A DNA stretch of 64,000 nt from Alphaproteobacteria bacterium (GTDB lineage: Bacteria; Pseudomonadota; Alphaproteobacteria; UBA6615), in NCBI GenBank assembly GCA_965261975.1, contig CBDHEC010000017.1, forward strand, positions 1 to 64,000, read 5' to 3'. The notes beneath the pieces were generated by a model. It did no database searches. It saw nothing but the letters and a program-made list of their open reading frames with translations, and had not been told where the DNA came from. Positions 39,986 through 53,515 of the stretch are shown one piece after another (position 1 is the stretch's first letter; each line of letters starts with the position of its first letter). The position numbers and the translations under genes were made by a program.

Positions 39986-41128
39986 ATGCCCGACGACACG
40001 CCCGATTCGGAATTGCTGACCCCGCTCGAACGCTATCGCAACATGCGAGAAGCGAACGAGTTGATGCGCGACCCGACGCAGAAACTGGCCGTCGAAAAAC
40101 TCCAGATCCTGCATCACGCGCTGAAGGGCTATCAGCCGGCGGGCGACGGCTTTCTGTCGGGTTGGAAAGACCGGTTCGGACTGGGTCGACGCAACGAAGA
40201 ACCACCGATGGGGCTTTATCTCTACGGCCCGGTCGGGCGCGGCAAATCCATGTTGATGGATCTGTTCTTCGACACAGCGCCGGTCGAGCGCAAACGCCGG
40301 GTGCATTTCCACGCCTTCATGCTGGAAATCCAGCAGCGCCTGAACGAACTGCGCAAGCACGAGAAACGCGCCGACCCGCTGATGCAGGTCGCCGCAGACG
40401 TCGCCGACGAGAGCTGGCTGCTATGTTTCGACGAGTTCCATGTCGTCAATATCGCCGACGCCATGATCCTGGGCCGTTTGTTCCAGGCCTTCTTCGATCA
40501 CGGCGTGGTGGTGATCGCCACATCCAATGTCGCCCCGCGCGATCTCTACAAGGACGGCCTGCAGCGCGACCGGTTCCTGCCCTTCATCGATCTGATCGTC
40601 GAGAAACTCGACGTGCTCGATATCGGTGCCGGTACGGATTTCCGGCTCGACCGGCTGAAGGGGGAGCCCGTCTGGCACACACCGATCGGCCGCGCCGTGA
40701 CCGCCAAGCTCGACGCGACCTTCGCCACCCTGACCGACAACGCCGACCCGGTCCCGTTCGAGGTCGAAATTCAGGGCAGGAGCATCCACGCTCATCAGGC
40801 CGCTCGCGGCATCGCCCGGTTTACCTTCGACGAATTGTGTAACAAGCCGCGAGGCGCGTCGGATTTCCTGACCATCGCAACCCAGTTCCATACCGTCATG
40901 GTCGACAACATCCCCGTTCTCGACGAGCGCGAGCGCGACGCCGCGAAGCGTTTCGTTGTGCTGATCGATTCGCTTTACGAGCATCATGTGAACCTGTTCG
41001 CCAGCGCCGACGGTGAGCCCGACGCGCTTTACATGAAAGGCGATACGGCATTTGAATTTCAGCGCACGGTATCGCGGCTCATGGAAATGCAGGCCGAAGA
41101 CTATCTGAACAGCCCGCACGCACCATAG
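39986..41128 (+). CDS. zapE: Cell division ATPase ZapE (AFG1 family)
   Basis: GPVGRGKSMLMDLF, RVHFHAFM, CFDEF, TSN..P..LY..GLQR, F.RT.SRL.EM. Confidence 0.93.
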   Translation: MPDDTPDSELLTPLERYRNMREANELMRDPTQKLAVEKLQILHHALKGYQPAGDGFLSGWKDRFGLGRRNEEPPMGLYLYGPVGRGKSMLMDLFFDTAPVERKRRVHFHAFMLEIQQRLNELRKHEKRADPLMQVAADVADESWLLCFDEFHVVNIADAMILGRLFQAFFDHGVVVIATSNVAPRDLYKDGLQRDRFLPFIDLIVEKLDVLDIGAGTDFRLDRLKGEPVWHTPIGRAVTAKLDATFATLTDNADPVPFEVEIQGRSIHAHQAARGIARFTFDELCNKPRGASDFLTIATQFHTVMVDNIPVLDERERDAAKRFVVLIDSLYEHHVNLFASADGEPDALYMKGDTAFEFQRTVSRLMEMQAEDYLNSPHAP

Positions 41129-41199
41129 ATTCGCCCCGCGGCGGCACCGATCCGGCGGCACAAATGCCTTGCCCCGGCCATGCCTTGAACCACCCCTGA

Positions 41200-42234
<1,035 letters not shown>

Positions 42235-42432
42235 ACACAGAACCCGCGACAGTCCGACTTTAGACCCGGTTGCGCACTGCAACATGAGTGCTACAGTCGG
42301 ACTTCGTTAACCATGTTCGGCCCCATCAACCGGGCTATATCGCGACGGTGAGCGAGAAATTAACCATACGGTAATCCCGGACGTTCATCGTCACCGCCAC
42401 TTTCCACATTTTCCTCTCGGAACAGACCGCCA

Positions 42433-43629
42433 ATGAACATTCACGAGTATCAGGCCAAAGGCCTGCTGGCGAAATTCGGTGTCGCCGTGCCCCGCGGCGC
42501 GGTTGCCTATACGCCGGAAGAAGCCAGCAAGGCGGCCCAGGATCTGGGCGGCTCAATCTGGGTTGTAAAATCCCAAATTCACGCCGGCGGACGCGGTGCA
42601 GGACATTTCGCCGAAGACCCGGATGGCGGCGGCGGCGTCCGCCTCGCCAAGAGCGACGACGAAGTCCGCGCCCATGCCGCAGCCATGCTGGGCCAGACGC
42701 TGGTCACCAAGCAGACCGGCCCGGACGGCAAGGAAGTGAAACGGATCTATGTCGAGGAAGGCTGTGATATTGCACGCGAGCTCTACCTGAGCCTGCTGGT
42801 GGATCGCGAGACCTCACGAATCGTCATCGTCGCCTCGACCGAAGGCGGCATGGACATCGAGACCGTCGCCGAGGAAACACCTGACAAGATTGCCCAGGTG
42901 GTGATCGACCCCGTCACCGGCATCATGCCGTTCCACACCCGCGAGATTGCCTTCGGGCTCGGCCTCGAAGGCAGCCAGATCAAGAGCGCCGCCAAATTCT
43001 TGACGGCGATGTATGACGCGTTCCTCGAGCTCGACGCTTCGATGGTCGAAATCAACCCGCTCGTGGTGACCGGGTCGGGCGATGTCATCGCGCTCGATGC
43101 GAAGATGAACTTCGACGACAACGCGCTCTACCGTCAGGCCGATGTCGAGGCGCTGCGCGACGAGGACGAAGAAGACCCGATGGAGCTCGAAGCCTCGAAG
43201 CACGAGCTCAATTACATCAAGCTCGACGGCGTGATCGGCTGCATGGTGAACGGCGCCGGCCTGGCCATGGCCACGATGGACATCGTCAAACTGCATGGTA
43301 GCGAACCCGCCAACTTCCTGGACGTCGGCGGCGGTGCGACCAAGGAACGGGTCACGTCGGCCTTCAAAATCATCCTGTCCGATCCGAATGTCGAAGGCAT
43401 TCTGGTCAACATCTTCGGCGGCATCATGCGTTGTGACGTGATCGCCGAAGGAATCGTTGCCGCGGCTCGCGAAGTTTCGCTGCATGTACCGCTGGTTGTC
43501 CGCCTTGAAGGCACAAACGTCGATCTCGGCAAGAAAATCCTTGCAGAGTCGGGGCTCCCGATCGTCTCGGCAGACGATCTCGGGGATGCCGCCGAAAAAA
43601 TCGTCAACGCGGTGAAGGAGGCGGCCTAA
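42433..43629 (+). CDS. sucC: Succinyl-CoA synthetase beta subunit
   Basis: [38 protein letters not shown]. Confidence 0.98.
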   Translation: MNIHEYQAKGLLAKFGVAVPRGAVAYTPEEASKAAQDLGGSIWVVKSQIHAGGRGAGHFAEDPDGGGGVRLAKSDDEVRAHAAAMLGQTLVTKQTGPDGKEVKRIYVEEGCDIARELYLSLLVDRETSRIVIVASTEGGMDIETVAEETPDKIAQVVIDPVTGIMPFHTREIAFGLGLEGSQIKSAAKFLTAMYDAFLELDASMVEINPLVVTGSGDVIALDAKMNFDDNALYRQADVEALRDEDEEDPMELEASKHELNYIKLDGVIGCMVNGAGLAMATMDIVKLHGSEPANFLDVGGGATKERVTSAFKIILSDPNVEGILVNIFGGIMRCDVIAEGIVAAAREVSLHVPLVVRLEGTNVDLGKKILAESGLPIVSADDLGDAAEKIVNAVKEAA

Positions 43630-43633
43630 CGCC

Positions 43634-44509
43634 ATGTCCGTACTCGTCGGCAAAGAAACCAAAGTCATCTGTCAGGGCTTCACCGGAGCCCAGGGCACCT
43701 TTCATTCCGAGCAGGCTATCGCCTACGGCACCCAGATGGTCGGCGGCGTGACGCCGGGCAAGGGCGGCACCTCGCATCTCGACCTTCCCGTGTTCAACAC
43801 GGTGGACGAAGCGGTCAGCACGACCGGAGCGAATGCCTCCGTCATCTATGTACCGCCGCCATTTGCGGGCGATGCCATCCTCGAGGCAATCGACGCCGGT
43901 GTTGATCTCGTGGTGTGTATCACCGAAGGCATCCCGGTCCTCGACATGGTCCGGGTCAAGCGGGCCCTCAGCGGCTCCAGTACCCGCCTCATCGGCCCGA
44001 ACTGCCCGGGCGTCATCACGCCTGACGAGTGCAAGATCGGCATCATGCCGGGGCATATTCATCGCCGCGGCAACATCGGCATCGTCTCGCGGTCGGGCAC
44101 CCTGACCTATGAGGCCGTTGCGCAAACGACCGCGGTCGGACTTGGCCAGAGCACCTGCATCGGCATCGGTGGCGATCCCGTGAACGGCACCAATTTCATC
44201 GATTGCCTGGATATGTTCCTGGAAGACGATGAGACCGAGGGCATTATCATGATCGGCGAAATCGGCGGTTCGGCCGAAGAAGACGCCGCCGATTTCCTGA
44301 AATCGTCAAAGATCAAAAAACCGGTCGCCGGGTTCATCGCCGGCGTCACGGCACCTCCCGGAAAGCGCATGGGCCATGCCGGCGCCATCATTTCGGGCGG
44401 CAAAGGCACCGCGGATGCAAAAATGGACGCCATGAAATCTGCGGGCATTCTGGTTGCGGAGTCGCCGTCGGCGCTCGGCACCACGATGATGAAGGCATTG
44501 AAGGGCTAG
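43634..44509 (+). CDS. sucD: Succinyl-CoA synthetase alpha subunit
   Basis: [33 protein letters not shown]. Confidence 0.98.
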   Translation: MSVLVGKETKVICQGFTGAQGTFHSEQAIAYGTQMVGGVTPGKGGTSHLDLPVFNTVDEAVSTTGANASVIYVPPPFAGDAILEAIDAGVDLVVCITEGIPVLDMVRVKRALSGSSTRLIGPNCPGVITPDECKIGIMPGHIHRRGNIGIVSRSGTLTYEAVAQTTAVGLGQSTCIGIGGDPVNGTNFIDCLDMFLEDDETEGIIMIGEIGGSAEEDAADFLKSSKIKKPVAGFIAGVTAPPGKRMGHAGAIISGGKGTADAKMDAMKSAGILVAESPSALGTTMMKALKG

Positions 44510-44587
44510 GTAGGTCACCTATCTGTTGGTGAGGGGGACACCGACGCTTTGTAACAAGGGACCGCAGCCTCATACCGCGGCTAGAAC

Positions 44588-47527
44588 ATGAATAGTTATA
44601 TTGGCCACTCCTCGTTCCTGAATGGCGCCAACGCAACCTTCGTTGCGCAACTTTACGCGAACTACCTCGAGCAGCCGGATAGCGTCGATCCTGAATGGGG
44701 CGAGTTCTTCGCCACGTTGCACGATGATGCCCGCGCCCTGCTGGAAGATCTGCGGGGTGCCAGCTGGGCGCCACGCGACGCGCGCATCATCGGTGAGTAT
44801 CGTGGAAACGGAGCCAACGGTGCGCAGCCGGGCAACGGACACGCGTCCCCAGCCTCCCCGGGTGCCAACGGCGCTCCTTTGAAAGGCGCCCCTCTTTCCT
44901 ACGGTGCGGGCGGCGATTCCCAGGCCTCACCCGACCAGGTTCGCCGCGCGACTCTCGATTCCATTCGCGCCCTGATGCTTATCCGCGCCTACCGTGTGCG
45001 CGGGCATCTCGAGGCGCGGCTCGACCCGCTCGGCCTGGTGAAACCCGATGCCCACCCGGAACTTGACCCGCGCACATACGGTTTTGCGGATTCAGACCTG
45101 GATCGGCCCATCTTCATCAACTATGTGCTCGGCCTCGAAACCGCGACGATGCGCCAGATTATCGACGTGGTGCGCGAGACCTATTGCGGCAATATCGGCA
45201 TCGAGTTCATGCACATCCAGGGCCCGGAAGAGAAGGCCTGGATCCAGGAGCGCATCGAGGGTGTCCGCAACCACACCGAATTCACCGAGCAGGGCAAACA
45301 GGCAATCCTCGGTGCCCTGACACGCGCGGAAATCTTCGAGCAGTTCCTCGACAAGAAATACACCGGCGCCAAACGGTTCGGGCTGGAAGGGGGCGAGACC
45401 CTGATTCCGGCCCTCGAGCAGCTGGTCAAACGCGGCGGCCAACTGGGCTTGCGTGAACTGGTGATCGGCATGCCCCACCGCGGCCGCCTGAACGTGCTGG
45501 CCAACTTCATGGACAAGCCGTTCCGCGCGATGTTCTCGGAATTCGAGGGCAACTCGCCCAACCCCGACGATGTCATGGGATCCGGCGATGTGAAGTACCA
45601 TCTCGGCACCTCATCCGACCGCTCCTTCGACGGCAACAATGTGCATTTGTCGCTAACGCCGAACCCGAGTCACCTCGAAGCGGTGAACACCGTCGTTCTG
45701 GGTAAGGTCCGCGCCAAGCAGCAGCTGCGCAGCGATACCGAGCGCGACAAGGTCATGGGCCTGCTGATGCACGGCGATGCCGCGTTTGCCGGTCAGGGCC
45801 TCGTGGCCGAGACGCTCGACCTTTCCCAGCTGCGCGGCTACCGCACCGGCGGCACGTTCCATCTGATCGTCAACAACCAGATCGGCTTCACGACCAATCC
45901 GACGGCGGCGCGCTCGTCGCCCTATTCGTCGGATGTCGCCAAGATGATCCAGTCGCCGATCTTCCATGTAAACGGAGACGACCCCGAATCAGCCGTCCAT
46001 GTGGCGCGGATCGCGACCGAGTATCGATACCGCTTCAAGGCCGACGTGGTCATGGACCTGTGGGGCTATCGCCGCGCCGGGCACAACGAATCCGACGAGC
46101 CGGCCTTTACCCAGCCGCGGATGTACAAATCAATCTCCGAGCAGCCGACGACGCGCGCGCTCTACGCGGAGCAACTCGAAGCCGAGGGCGTGATCGAGGC
46201 GGGTGGCGGCGACCGCATGGTCGAGGAGTTCCAGGCCCATCTGGAACAGGAGTTCGAGGCCGCCCAGAGCTACAAACCGAACAAGGCCGACTGGCTTGAA
46301 GGCCGCTGGGCCGACCTCGGCATGGCGGAAGGCGATGAGCGCCGCGGCGAGACAGCCGTGGACAACGACCTCCTGAACGAGGTCGGGCATGCCATTTCCG
46401 AACCCCCGCAGGGGCTCGAGATGAATTCGAAGATCCTTCGCCAGCTCAAGAACAAGCGCAAGATGATCGAGACCGGCGAAGGCATCGACTGGGCAACGGG
46501 TGAAGCACTCGCGTTCGGCACTTTGCTGTGTGAATCCACGCCCGTGCGTCTGTCCGGCGAAGATGTGGGCCGCGGCACCTTCTCGCAGCGCCATGCCGTG
46601 TTGGTGGACCAGACCCATGAAGAAAAATATCTGCCGCTGGCGAACATCCGCTACGGCCAGGCGCCAATCGAGGTCATCGACAGCCCCCTGTCGGAGTTCG
46701 GCGTCCTCGGTTTCGAATATGGCTACAGCCAGGCCGAGCCCCACGCGCTTGTGCTCTGGGAGGCGCAATTCGGCGACTTCGCCAATGGCGCGCAGGTCAT
46801 CATCGACCAGTTCATCGCATCGGGCGAATCCAAATGGCTGCGCATGTCAGGCCTGGTCATGCTCCTGCCCCATGGGTTCGAAGGCCAGGGACCGGAGCAT
46901 TCCTCGGCCCGCCTTGAGCGTTACCTGCAGCTGTGCGGCGACGACAACATGCAAGTCTGCAACATCACCACACCGGCGAATTACTATCACGCGCTGCGCC
47001 GGCAGATTCGCCGCAACTTCCGCAAGCCGCTGATCGTGATGACGCCGAAGTCCCTGCTCCGGCACAAACTGTGCGTGTCGAATCTGGAAGACTTTGGTCC
47101 CGGAACCAGTTTCCACCGGGTCCTCTATGACAATGAAAAGCTGTGCGACGACAAGGATGTGAAGCGCGTCGTGCTGTGCTCGGGCAAGGTCTATTACGAT
47201 TTGTATGAAGAGCGCGCAAAACGCGGGATCAAGGATGTCTTCTTCCTGCGGCTTGAGCAGCTCTACCCCTTCCCGCGCAAGGCGCTGATCGAGGAGCTGT
47301 CGCGCTTCAAGCATGCCGAGATCGTCTGGTGCCAGGAAGAGCCCGAAAACATGGGCGGCTGGACATTCGTCGATCGGCGCCTCGAGGACGTCCTCGTGGA
47401 GATCGATGCCTACCAGACCCGTCCGAAATATGTCGGCCGCGTCGAATCGGCCTCACCCGCCACGGGTAACGCCGCGCGCCACAGACGCGAACAGGAAAAA
47501 TTGGTCGACGAAGCGCTCACGGTCTGA
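44588..47527 (+). CDS. sucA: 2-oxoglutarate dehydrogenase E1
   Basis: [47 protein letters not shown]. Confidence 0.98.
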   Translation: MNSYIGHSSFLNGANATFVAQLYANYLEQPDSVDPEWGEFFATLHDDARALLEDLRGASWAPRDARIIGEYRGNGANGAQPGNGHASPASPGANGAPLKGAPLSYGAGGDSQASPDQVRRATLDSIRALMLIRAYRVRGHLEARLDPLGLVKPDAHPELDPRTYGFADSDLDRPIFINYVLGLETATMRQIIDVVRETYCGNIGIEFMHIQGPEEKAWIQERIEGVRNHTEFTEQGKQAILGALTRAEIFEQFLDKKYTGAKRFGLEGGETLIPALEQLVKRGGQLGLRELVIGMPHRGRLNVLANFMDKPFRAMFSEFEGNSPNPDDVMGSGDVKYHLGTSSDRSFDGNNVHLSLTPNPSHLEAVNTVVLGKVRAKQQLRSDTERDKVMGLLMHGDAAFAGQGLVAETLDLSQLRGYRTGGTFHLIVNNQIGFTTNPTAARSSPYSSDVAKMIQSPIFHVNGDDPESAVHVARIATEYRYRFKADVVMDLWGYRRAGHNESDEPAFTQPRMYKSISEQPTTRALYAEQLEAEGVIEAGGGDRMVEEFQAHLEQEFEAAQSYKPNKADWLEGRWADLGMAEGDERRGETAVDNDLLNEVGHAISEPPQGLEMNSKILRQLKNKRKMIETGEGIDWATGEALAFGTLLCESTPVRLSGEDVGRGTFSQRHAVLVDQTHEEKYLPLANIRYGQAPIEVIDSPLSEFGVLGFEYGYSQAEPHALVLWEAQFGDFANGAQVIIDQFIASGESKWLRMSGLVMLLPHGFEGQGPEHSSARLERYLQLCGDDNMQVCNITTPANYYHALRRQIRRNFRKPLIVMTPKSLLRHKLCVSNLEDFGPGTSFHRVLYDNEKLCDDKDVKRVVLCSGKVYYDLYEERAKRGIKDVFFLRLEQLYPFPRKALIEELSRFKHAEIVWCQEEPENMGGWTFVDRRLEDVLVEIDAYQTRPKYVGRVESASPATGNAARHRREQEKLVDEALTV

Positions 47528-47555
47528 GCCGGTCGATGACAACGGGGATTACAAA

Positions 47556-49139
47556 ATGACCATCGAGATCAAAGTGCCCGACATGGGCGAGTCCGTGACC
47601 GAAGGCACTGTGGCGCGCTGGTTCAAGGCCGTGGGCGAGGCCGTGACCGCCGACGAGCCCCTGGTCGAGATCGAGACCGACAAGGTCACGGTGGAGGTGC
47701 CCGCACCGAGCACCGGTGTCCTCACCGCGATCGGCGCCGACGAAGGCGTGGACGTCGAGGTCGGCACGGTCATCGGCTCTATCGACGAGAACGCAACCGC
47801 CGCACCTGCTCCGGCAGCAGACCCTGCTGCGGAAAGCGCACCGGCCGAAGAAAAACCTGCAGAGACGCCCACCGCTGCGGCTGCCGGCGGTGAGACCATG
47901 GATGTAACCGTGCCCGAACTGGGCGAATCCGTTACCGAAGGCACGGTCGGACGCTGGCTCAAACAGGTCGGCGAAAGCTTTGCGGCCGACGAGCCGCTGG
48001 TCGAGATCGAAACCGACAAGGTAACCGCGGAACTGCCGGCGCCCGGGGCCGGTACCCTTATCGAAATCATCGCCAATGAAGGCGTCGACGTTGAAGTCGG
48101 CGCCATCGTCGGCCGCATCACGACCGGCGACGCCCCGGCAGCTGTTCCTCCCGCAGCTGAAACACCGGCGGCGGCCGAAGAACCGGCCCCGGCCGAGGCT
48201 CCGGCCGCGAGCGCGAATACGGACCACCCGCTCTCGCCGGCGGTACAGAAGCTGGTCGACGAGAACGGGCTCGACCCATCGGCCATCCCTGTCACAGGTC
48301 GCGACGGACGCATCACAAAGGGTGACGTGATGCGCTACCTCGACAGCCGCGGGTCCGGCGCCAGCGCCGCGCCGGCAACGGCACCCGCCGCCGCGGCCTT
48401 TGTCGCCGCGAGCGATCTGCCGGAACGCGCAGAAGACCCGCGCGGCGAAGAACGCGTGCGCATGACCAAGTTGCGCCAGACCGTCGCCACGCGCCTCAAG
48501 CAGGCACAGAACACGGCGGCGATGCTGACCACCTTCAACGAGGTCGACATGCAGGGCGTGATGGATCTGCGCGCCCGCTACCGTGACGATTTCGAGAAGA
48601 AGCACGGGGTCAAGCTGGGTTTCATGAGCATCTTCGTGAAGGCGGCGATCAACGCCCTGAAGGAGCTGCCCTCGGTGAATGCGGAGATCCATGGCGACGA
48701 GATTATCTACCGCAACTACTACGACATCGGGATCGCAGTCGGCGGCGAACAAGGCCTTGTCGTCCCGGTCCTGCGCGATGCAGACAAGCAGAGCTTCGCC
48801 CAGATCGAAGGTCAGATTTCGGACTTCGGACAGCGCGCCCGCGACGGCAAGCTGACGATGAAGGAACTCACAGGCGGCACCTTCACGATCACAAATGGCG
48901 GCATCTTCGGCTCGATGCTTTCAACACCGATCCTGAACCCGCCGCAGTCGGGAATTCTCGGCATGCACAACATCGTCAAGCGGCCGGTCGTGATCGACGA
49001 CGAAATCGTCATCCGACCGATGATGTATCTGGCGCTGAGTTACGACCATCGGATCATCGATGGCCGCGAGGCGGTTACCTTCCTGGTCCGGCTCAAACAG
49101 GCAATTGAGGACCCGGAGCGTCTTCTGATCGAGGTGTAG
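47556..49139 (+). CDS. sucB: Dihydrolipoamide succinyltransferase E2 (two lipoyl domains)
   Basis: Two IETDKV lipoyl motifs, E3-binding [26 protein letters not shown]. Confidence 0.97.
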   Translation: MTIEIKVPDMGESVTEGTVARWFKAVGEAVTADEPLVEIETDKVTVEVPAPSTGVLTAIGADEGVDVEVGTVIGSIDENATAAPAPAADPAAESAPAEEKPAETPTAAAAGGETMDVTVPELGESVTEGTVGRWLKQVGESFAADEPLVEIETDKVTAELPAPGAGTLIEIIANEGVDVEVGAIVGRITTGDAPAAVPPAAETPAAAEEPAPAEAPAASANTDHPLSPAVQKLVDENGLDPSAIPVTGRDGRITKGDVMRYLDSRGSGASAAPATAPAAAAFVAASDLPERAEDPRGEERVRMTKLRQTVATRLKQAQNTAAMLTTFNEVDMQGVMDLRARYRDDFEKKHGVKLGFMSIFVKAAINALKELPSVNAEIHGDEIIYRNYYDIGIAVGGEQGLVVPVLRDADKQSFAQIEGQISDFGQRARDGKLTMKELTGGTFTITNGGIFGSMLSTPILNPPQSGILGMHNIVKRPVVIDDEIVIRPMMYLALSYDHRIIDGREAVTFLVRLKQAIEDPERLLIEV

Positions 49140-49145
49140 AAAGCC

Positions 49146-50558
49146 ATGGCAGACGAACAGAGTTTCGACCTCGTTGTAATCGGCGCCGGCCCGGGCGGTT
49201 ATGTTGCCGCCATCCGCGCCGCGCAACTCGGCCTCAATGTGGCTTGCGTGGAGAAACGCGCGACGCTGGGCGGCACCTGCCTCAATATTGGCTGCATCCC
49301 CTCGAAAGCCCTGCTGCAATCATCCGAGCACTACACCCACGCCCAGCATGGGCTGGGGGCGCACGGCGTCAAGGTTGGCAAGGTCTCGTTCGACCTCGAC
49401 GCGATGATGGCGCACAAGACCAAGGTCGTGGACGATAACACCCAGGGCATCGAGTTCCTGTTCAAGAAGAACAAGGTCACCTCCGTGTTCGGCACAGCCG
49501 AAATCAAAAGTGCCCAGGAAGTCGTGGTGACACCGGATGACGGCGCACCGCAAACTCTGAAAACCAAGTATGTCCTGATCGCGACAGGCTCCGAGTCCAT
49601 GCCCCTGCCCGGCGTGGACGTCGATGAGAAACGCATCGTCACGTCGACAGGCGCACTCGAGCTCGAGAGCGCTCCCAAACATCTGGTGGTTATCGGCGGC
49701 GGTTACATCGGCCTCGAGATGGGCTCCGTCTGGGCCCGTCTGGGTGCCAAGGTCACGGTGGTCGAATTCCTCGACCGTATCACGCCCGGCATGGATGGCG
49801 AGGTGGCCAAGACCTTCCAGCGAACCCTGAAGAAGCAGGGAATGACGTTCAAACTCGGCACCAAGGTGACGGGAGCGAAAACCCTGAAGACCAAGATCAA
49901 GCTGGCCGTCGAACCGGCAGGCGGCGGTGACGGCGAGACGGTCGAGTGCGATACGGTGCTGGTGGCCATCGGCCGCCGGCCCTACACAAACGGCCTCGGC
50001 CTGGATGCTGCGGGCGTCAAAACGGACGACCGCGGATTCATAGAGATCGATGCCGATTTCCAGACCAATGTGGCCGGCATATTCGCCATCGGCGACTGCG
50101 TGCCGGGCCCGATGTTGGCCCATAAGGCCGAGGATGAAGGTGTGGCGGCGGCCGAAATTATCGCCGGCGAGACGGGGCATGTGAACTACGACGCCATCCC
50201 CGGGATCGTCTACACCTGGCCGGAGGTCGCGGCAGTCGGCAAGACCGAGGAACAACTCAAGGAGGCCGGGGTCGAATATAGCAGCGGCACTTTCCCCTTC
50301 TCCGCGAATGGCCGCGCACGCGCCGCCAACGAAACAGACGGATTCGTGAAAATCCTCGCGGACGCCAAGACCGACCAGGTCCTCGGCGCCCACATCATCG
50401 GACCGGATGCCGGCACGCTGATTCACGAGATCGTCGTGGCCATGGAGTTCGGCGCATCGGCCGAGGACATCGCGCGCACCTGCCACGGTCACCCGACCCT
50501 GGCCGAAGCCGTCAAGGAAGCCGCGCTCGCCGTGGGCGGGCGCACCATTCATATCTAG
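49146..50558 (+). CDS. lpdA: Dihydrolipoamide dehydrogenase
   Basis: [32 protein letters not shown]. Confidence 0.97.
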   Translation: MADEQSFDLVVIGAGPGGYVAAIRAAQLGLNVACVEKRATLGGTCLNIGCIPSKALLQSSEHYTHAQHGLGAHGVKVGKVSFDLDAMMAHKTKVVDDNTQGIEFLFKKNKVTSVFGTAEIKSAQEVVVTPDDGAPQTLKTKYVLIATGSESMPLPGVDVDEKRIVTSTGALELESAPKHLVVIGGGYIGLEMGSVWARLGAKVTVVEFLDRITPGMDGEVAKTFQRTLKKQGMTFKLGTKVTGAKTLKTKIKLAVEPAGGGDGETVECDTVLVAIGRRPYTNGLGLDAAGVKTDDRGFIEIDADFQTNVAGIFAIGDCVPGPMLAHKAEDEGVAAAEIIAGETGHVNYDAIPGIVYTWPEVAAVGKTEEQLKEAGVEYSSGTFPFSANGRARAANETDGFVKILADAKTDQVLGAHIIGPDAGTLIHEIVVAMEFGASAEDIARTCHGHPTLAEAVKEAALAVGGRTIHI

Positions 50559-50577
50559 CCGGGCGCCCGGACAGACG

Positions 50578-50946
50578 TCAGCCGGTTTTCAGGTTGGCGC
50601 TGAAAGCAGCCGCGAGTTCGTTCAGGTCGAGCGGTTTGCGCAACAGCACCGTCGCGCCCGCATCGAGGGCTTCCGCCTCCGCTTCCCGCAGGACCTGACC
50701 GGTCACGACGATTATCGGCAGTTCCGTGTCGCTGGACCGGATGGCGTGAATCAACTCCACCCCGTCACCGTCCGGCATGCGCAAGTCGGTCACGATCATG
50801 TCGGCGGGGTCGCTTGAATGGAGGGCCAAAGCGCTGCGCCCACTGCCCGCTGTGCTGGTGCGCACGGACGCGCTTTCGAGAAAGCGCGCCACCTGTTCGG
50901 CAGCGAGCGGTTCGTCATCGACAACAAGGATATGCGCGTCGGTCAT
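50578..50946 (-). CDS. Single-domain response regulator
   Basis: ILVVDDE, TDLRMPDGDG, VTG, KPLD. Confidence 0.88.
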   Translation of the reverse strand: MTDAHILVVDDEPLAAEQVARFLESASVRTSTAGSGRSALALHSSDPADMIVTDLRMPDGDGVELIHAIRSSDTELPIIVVTGQVLREAEAEALDAGATVLLRKPLDLNELAAAFSANLKTG

Positions 50947-50950
50947 TGGC

Positions 50951-52639
50951 TTATTCTAGATCGTTATCTGCTGCTGATGCACCCGCAACATCGGCAGGCA
51001 TAATCCGCGGCAATTCCACGCGAAACAGGGCACCATCGCCGGTGTTCTCCGCGACCAGCGTTCCGTTCATCCCGCTGACGATGCCATAGGAAATCGAAAG
51101 CCCCAGACCTGTGCCCGAACCGGGACCTTTGGTGGTGAAGAACGGTTCGAAGAGCCGCTCGATGTCACCGGCGGAAATACCTGGTCCGTCGTCGTGTACT
51201 TCGATCGTAACAATCTCTCGCGCGGGGTCGTCAGAGACGATGACACGCACAATACCCGCCTGATCCGATGTGACGGAATCATCGCGCCCGGTTTCAACGG
51301 CGTCCCGGGCGTTGATCAACAAGTTGATGACCACCTGCTCGAACCGGGAAGGTTCTCCAAACACCCGCCCACAGGCCGCGGGTGCAGACAGGCTAAGCGC
51401 AACACCACGCTGATCGAACTCCGGCCGCAACCAATCGATCGCCTGCGCCACGGACTGGGCCGGATCGAACGCGACCTTTCGGCCATAATCATCGCGACTG
51501 ACGATACGCATGCTCTGGATGGTCTCGGCCATGCGTTCGGTCTGGCCGGCAATGATTTCGAGCTGACCGTGGATCGTCTCGCCTTCTGACCCGGCATCGG
51601 CCGCCCGGAACTTGCTCTGGGTCCGCTCCGTTGCCATTCGGATGATATTCAGCGGCTGGTTGAGTTCGTGCACGACCCCGGCAGCCATCTCGCCGAGCAA
51701 CGCGAGCTTGCTCGACTGGGCGAGTTGACGGTCCTTTTCGGCGATCTGGCGATCGTGATCCGCGATGCCACGCGCGGTGCGCAGCACCTGACGGACAAAA
51801 AGCAGGCTCAGCAGCAGAACAACGAGGACACCCAGGCCCCACCAAACACGCAGAGACGAGATCAATTCGGCCCCGGGATGAGGGGCGGCCCAGGTCAGCC
51901 ACGCGACCGGCTGACCGTCGGGTGCATGCAGAGATATCGACGGGTTACGCAGATCTTCGGCCGGTGGCTCAAATGTGAAAGTTAGCCCCTTGACCAGAAA
52001 CTCGTCTGAAATATCGCCCAGAAGTTCGGGTGATATCTCCTGGGCGTATACGAGAACTTCGCGGACGCGCCGTTCGGTTTGAGCCCCGATCGGGTTCTCG
52101 TGTGTGATCGCGCTCGCGGAGACCAGATGCAGCTTTCCGTCACGCATGAAGTATCCCGCCTCGGGCACCGGTTCGAACATGGACGCGCCCCGGGCGCGCG
52201 CGATCAGCAGGTCGAGCCCGGGGCCGAAATACCGGCGCGCATCCTCCCTGGAAGGAACACCGAAAACATATGCAATTCTCGTCGAGCCGTCCGGCGCGAC
52301 GACGAAGGATTCGGAGATGCCATAAACTTCGGCTGCGTAGGTTCCGATATTGTTGTCGGCCCAATCCTTGTTGAGGCCCTCCACCAGGTTCTCAACCGCG
52401 AGATCCCACCAGCTATTGTCATAGACCAGCGTGTCGAGATCCTCCTCGAACCCCGAGATCAGGGAACCGACAAGTGTCTTCGAACCCTCGGCCGCAATCT
52501 GGTCCTGGCCACGCGCCGAGAGGTTGATGACGATCGCGGCAGAGACAGCGACGAGCAACACGGCGAGCACAAAGGGCGTCACGAGAGGCCAAAACACCCG
52601 GACTTCGAAACGGCGTGGCGCGGAATCGGACTTGGACAT
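50951..52639 (-). CDS. Sensor histidine kinase with CHASE4-like periplasmic domain
   Basis: Two TM, DNSWWD, H-box [34 protein letters not shown]. Confidence 0.88.
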   Translation of the reverse strand: MSKSDSAPRRFEVRVFWPLVTPFVLAVLLVAVSAAIVINLSARGQDQIAAEGSKTLVGSLISGFEEDLDTLVYDNSWWDLAVENLVEGLNKDWADNNIGTYAAEVYGISESFVVAPDGSTRIAYVFGVPSREDARRYFGPGLDLLIARARGASMFEPVPEAGYFMRDGKLHLVSASAITHENPIGAQTERRVREVLVYAQEISPELLGDISDEFLVKGLTFTFEPPAEDLRNPSISLHAPDGQPVAWLTWAAPHPGAELISSLRVWWGLGVLVVLLLSLLFVRQVLRTARGIADHDRQIAEKDRQLAQSSKLALLGEMAAGVVHELNQPLNIIRMATERTQSKFRAADAGSEGETIHGQLEIIAGQTERMAETIQSMRIVSRDDYGRKVAFDPAQSVAQAIDWLRPEFDQRGVALSLSAPAACGRVFGEPSRFEQVVINLLINARDAVETGRDDSVTSDQAGIVRVIVSDDPAREIVTIEVHDDGPGISAGDIERLFEPFFTTKGPGSGTGLGLSISYGIVSGMNGTLVAENTGDGALFRVELPRIMPADVAGASAADNDLE

Positions 52640-52798
52640 GTGTGTAAACGGACCCCAGAAATCTCCATTCAGGCTAACGCCGGCCACCGCGGCATGCAAA
52701 TGTAGCCAAGTGCGGTTTGGCGCGATTCAATGTTACCTTCCGGCAGCTATCGCGCCCGGTATCACCGGAATGATTCAACCCCAAACGGCAGCCAGATC

Positions 52799-53515
52799 AT
52801 GGTCGGATTCACACGCAAGCTTGCCCGTCGCTTTGGCGTTGACCTCACGCCTTTTCCGGGAGGTGCAAAGCATTGGAGCCATATCGTCTCGCTGCTGGCA
52901 GACCATGAGATCGATTGCGTGTTTGATGTCGGTGCCAATGTCGGCCAGTACGCGACGTCGCTCAGAAGAAACGGCTACACCGGAAGGATCGTCTCGTTCG
53001 AGCCGCTTGCCGCGGCCCATGCCGAAACCGCCAAGCGAGCGGCAAACGACCCCAAATGGGAGGTGGCCCCGCGCGCTGCCATCGGTGCCGCACCCGGCGA
53101 GACCGAAATCCATGTCTCGGCGGAATCCGACATGAGCTCCATCCTGCCACTCGACGCAACCGCGCAAGAACGCCTTGCCAGCACCCGCCCGACAGGTATC
53201 GAACGGGTTGTGGTCACGACAATCGCCGAAGCGCTCGACACTCACACTACGACGGATACACGCGTGTTCGTGAAATCCGACACCCAGGGCTACGAGGCCC
53301 AGCTGCTTGCCGGAATCGGCACATCATGGGACCGCGTCTCGGGGATACAGCTCGAACTCTCCATCCAGTCGATCTATGAGGGACAGCCCGACCATCTTCC
53401 CCTGCTCACCGAGCTCGCCGCGCAGGGACTGCGGCCACATCTCGTGATCCCCGGCTACTGGAGCCGCCACTATGGCCGGATGCTGGAGTATGACGTGGTG
53501 TGTTTCCGCGACTAG
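52799..53515 (+). CDS. FkbM family methyltransferase
   Basis: FDVGANVGQY, SFEP, KSDTQGYE. Confidence 0.88.
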   Translation: MVGFTRKLARRFGVDLTPFPGGAKHWSHIVSLLADHEIDCVFDVGANVGQYATSLRRNGYTGRIVSFEPLAAAHAETAKRAANDPKWEVAPRAAIGAAPGETEIHVSAESDMSSILPLDATAQERLASTRPTGIERVVVTTIAEALDTHTTTDTRVFVKSDTQGYEAQLLAGIGTSWDRVSGIQLELSIQSIYEGQPDHLPLLTELAAQGLRPHLVIPGYWSRHYGRMLEYDVVCFRD

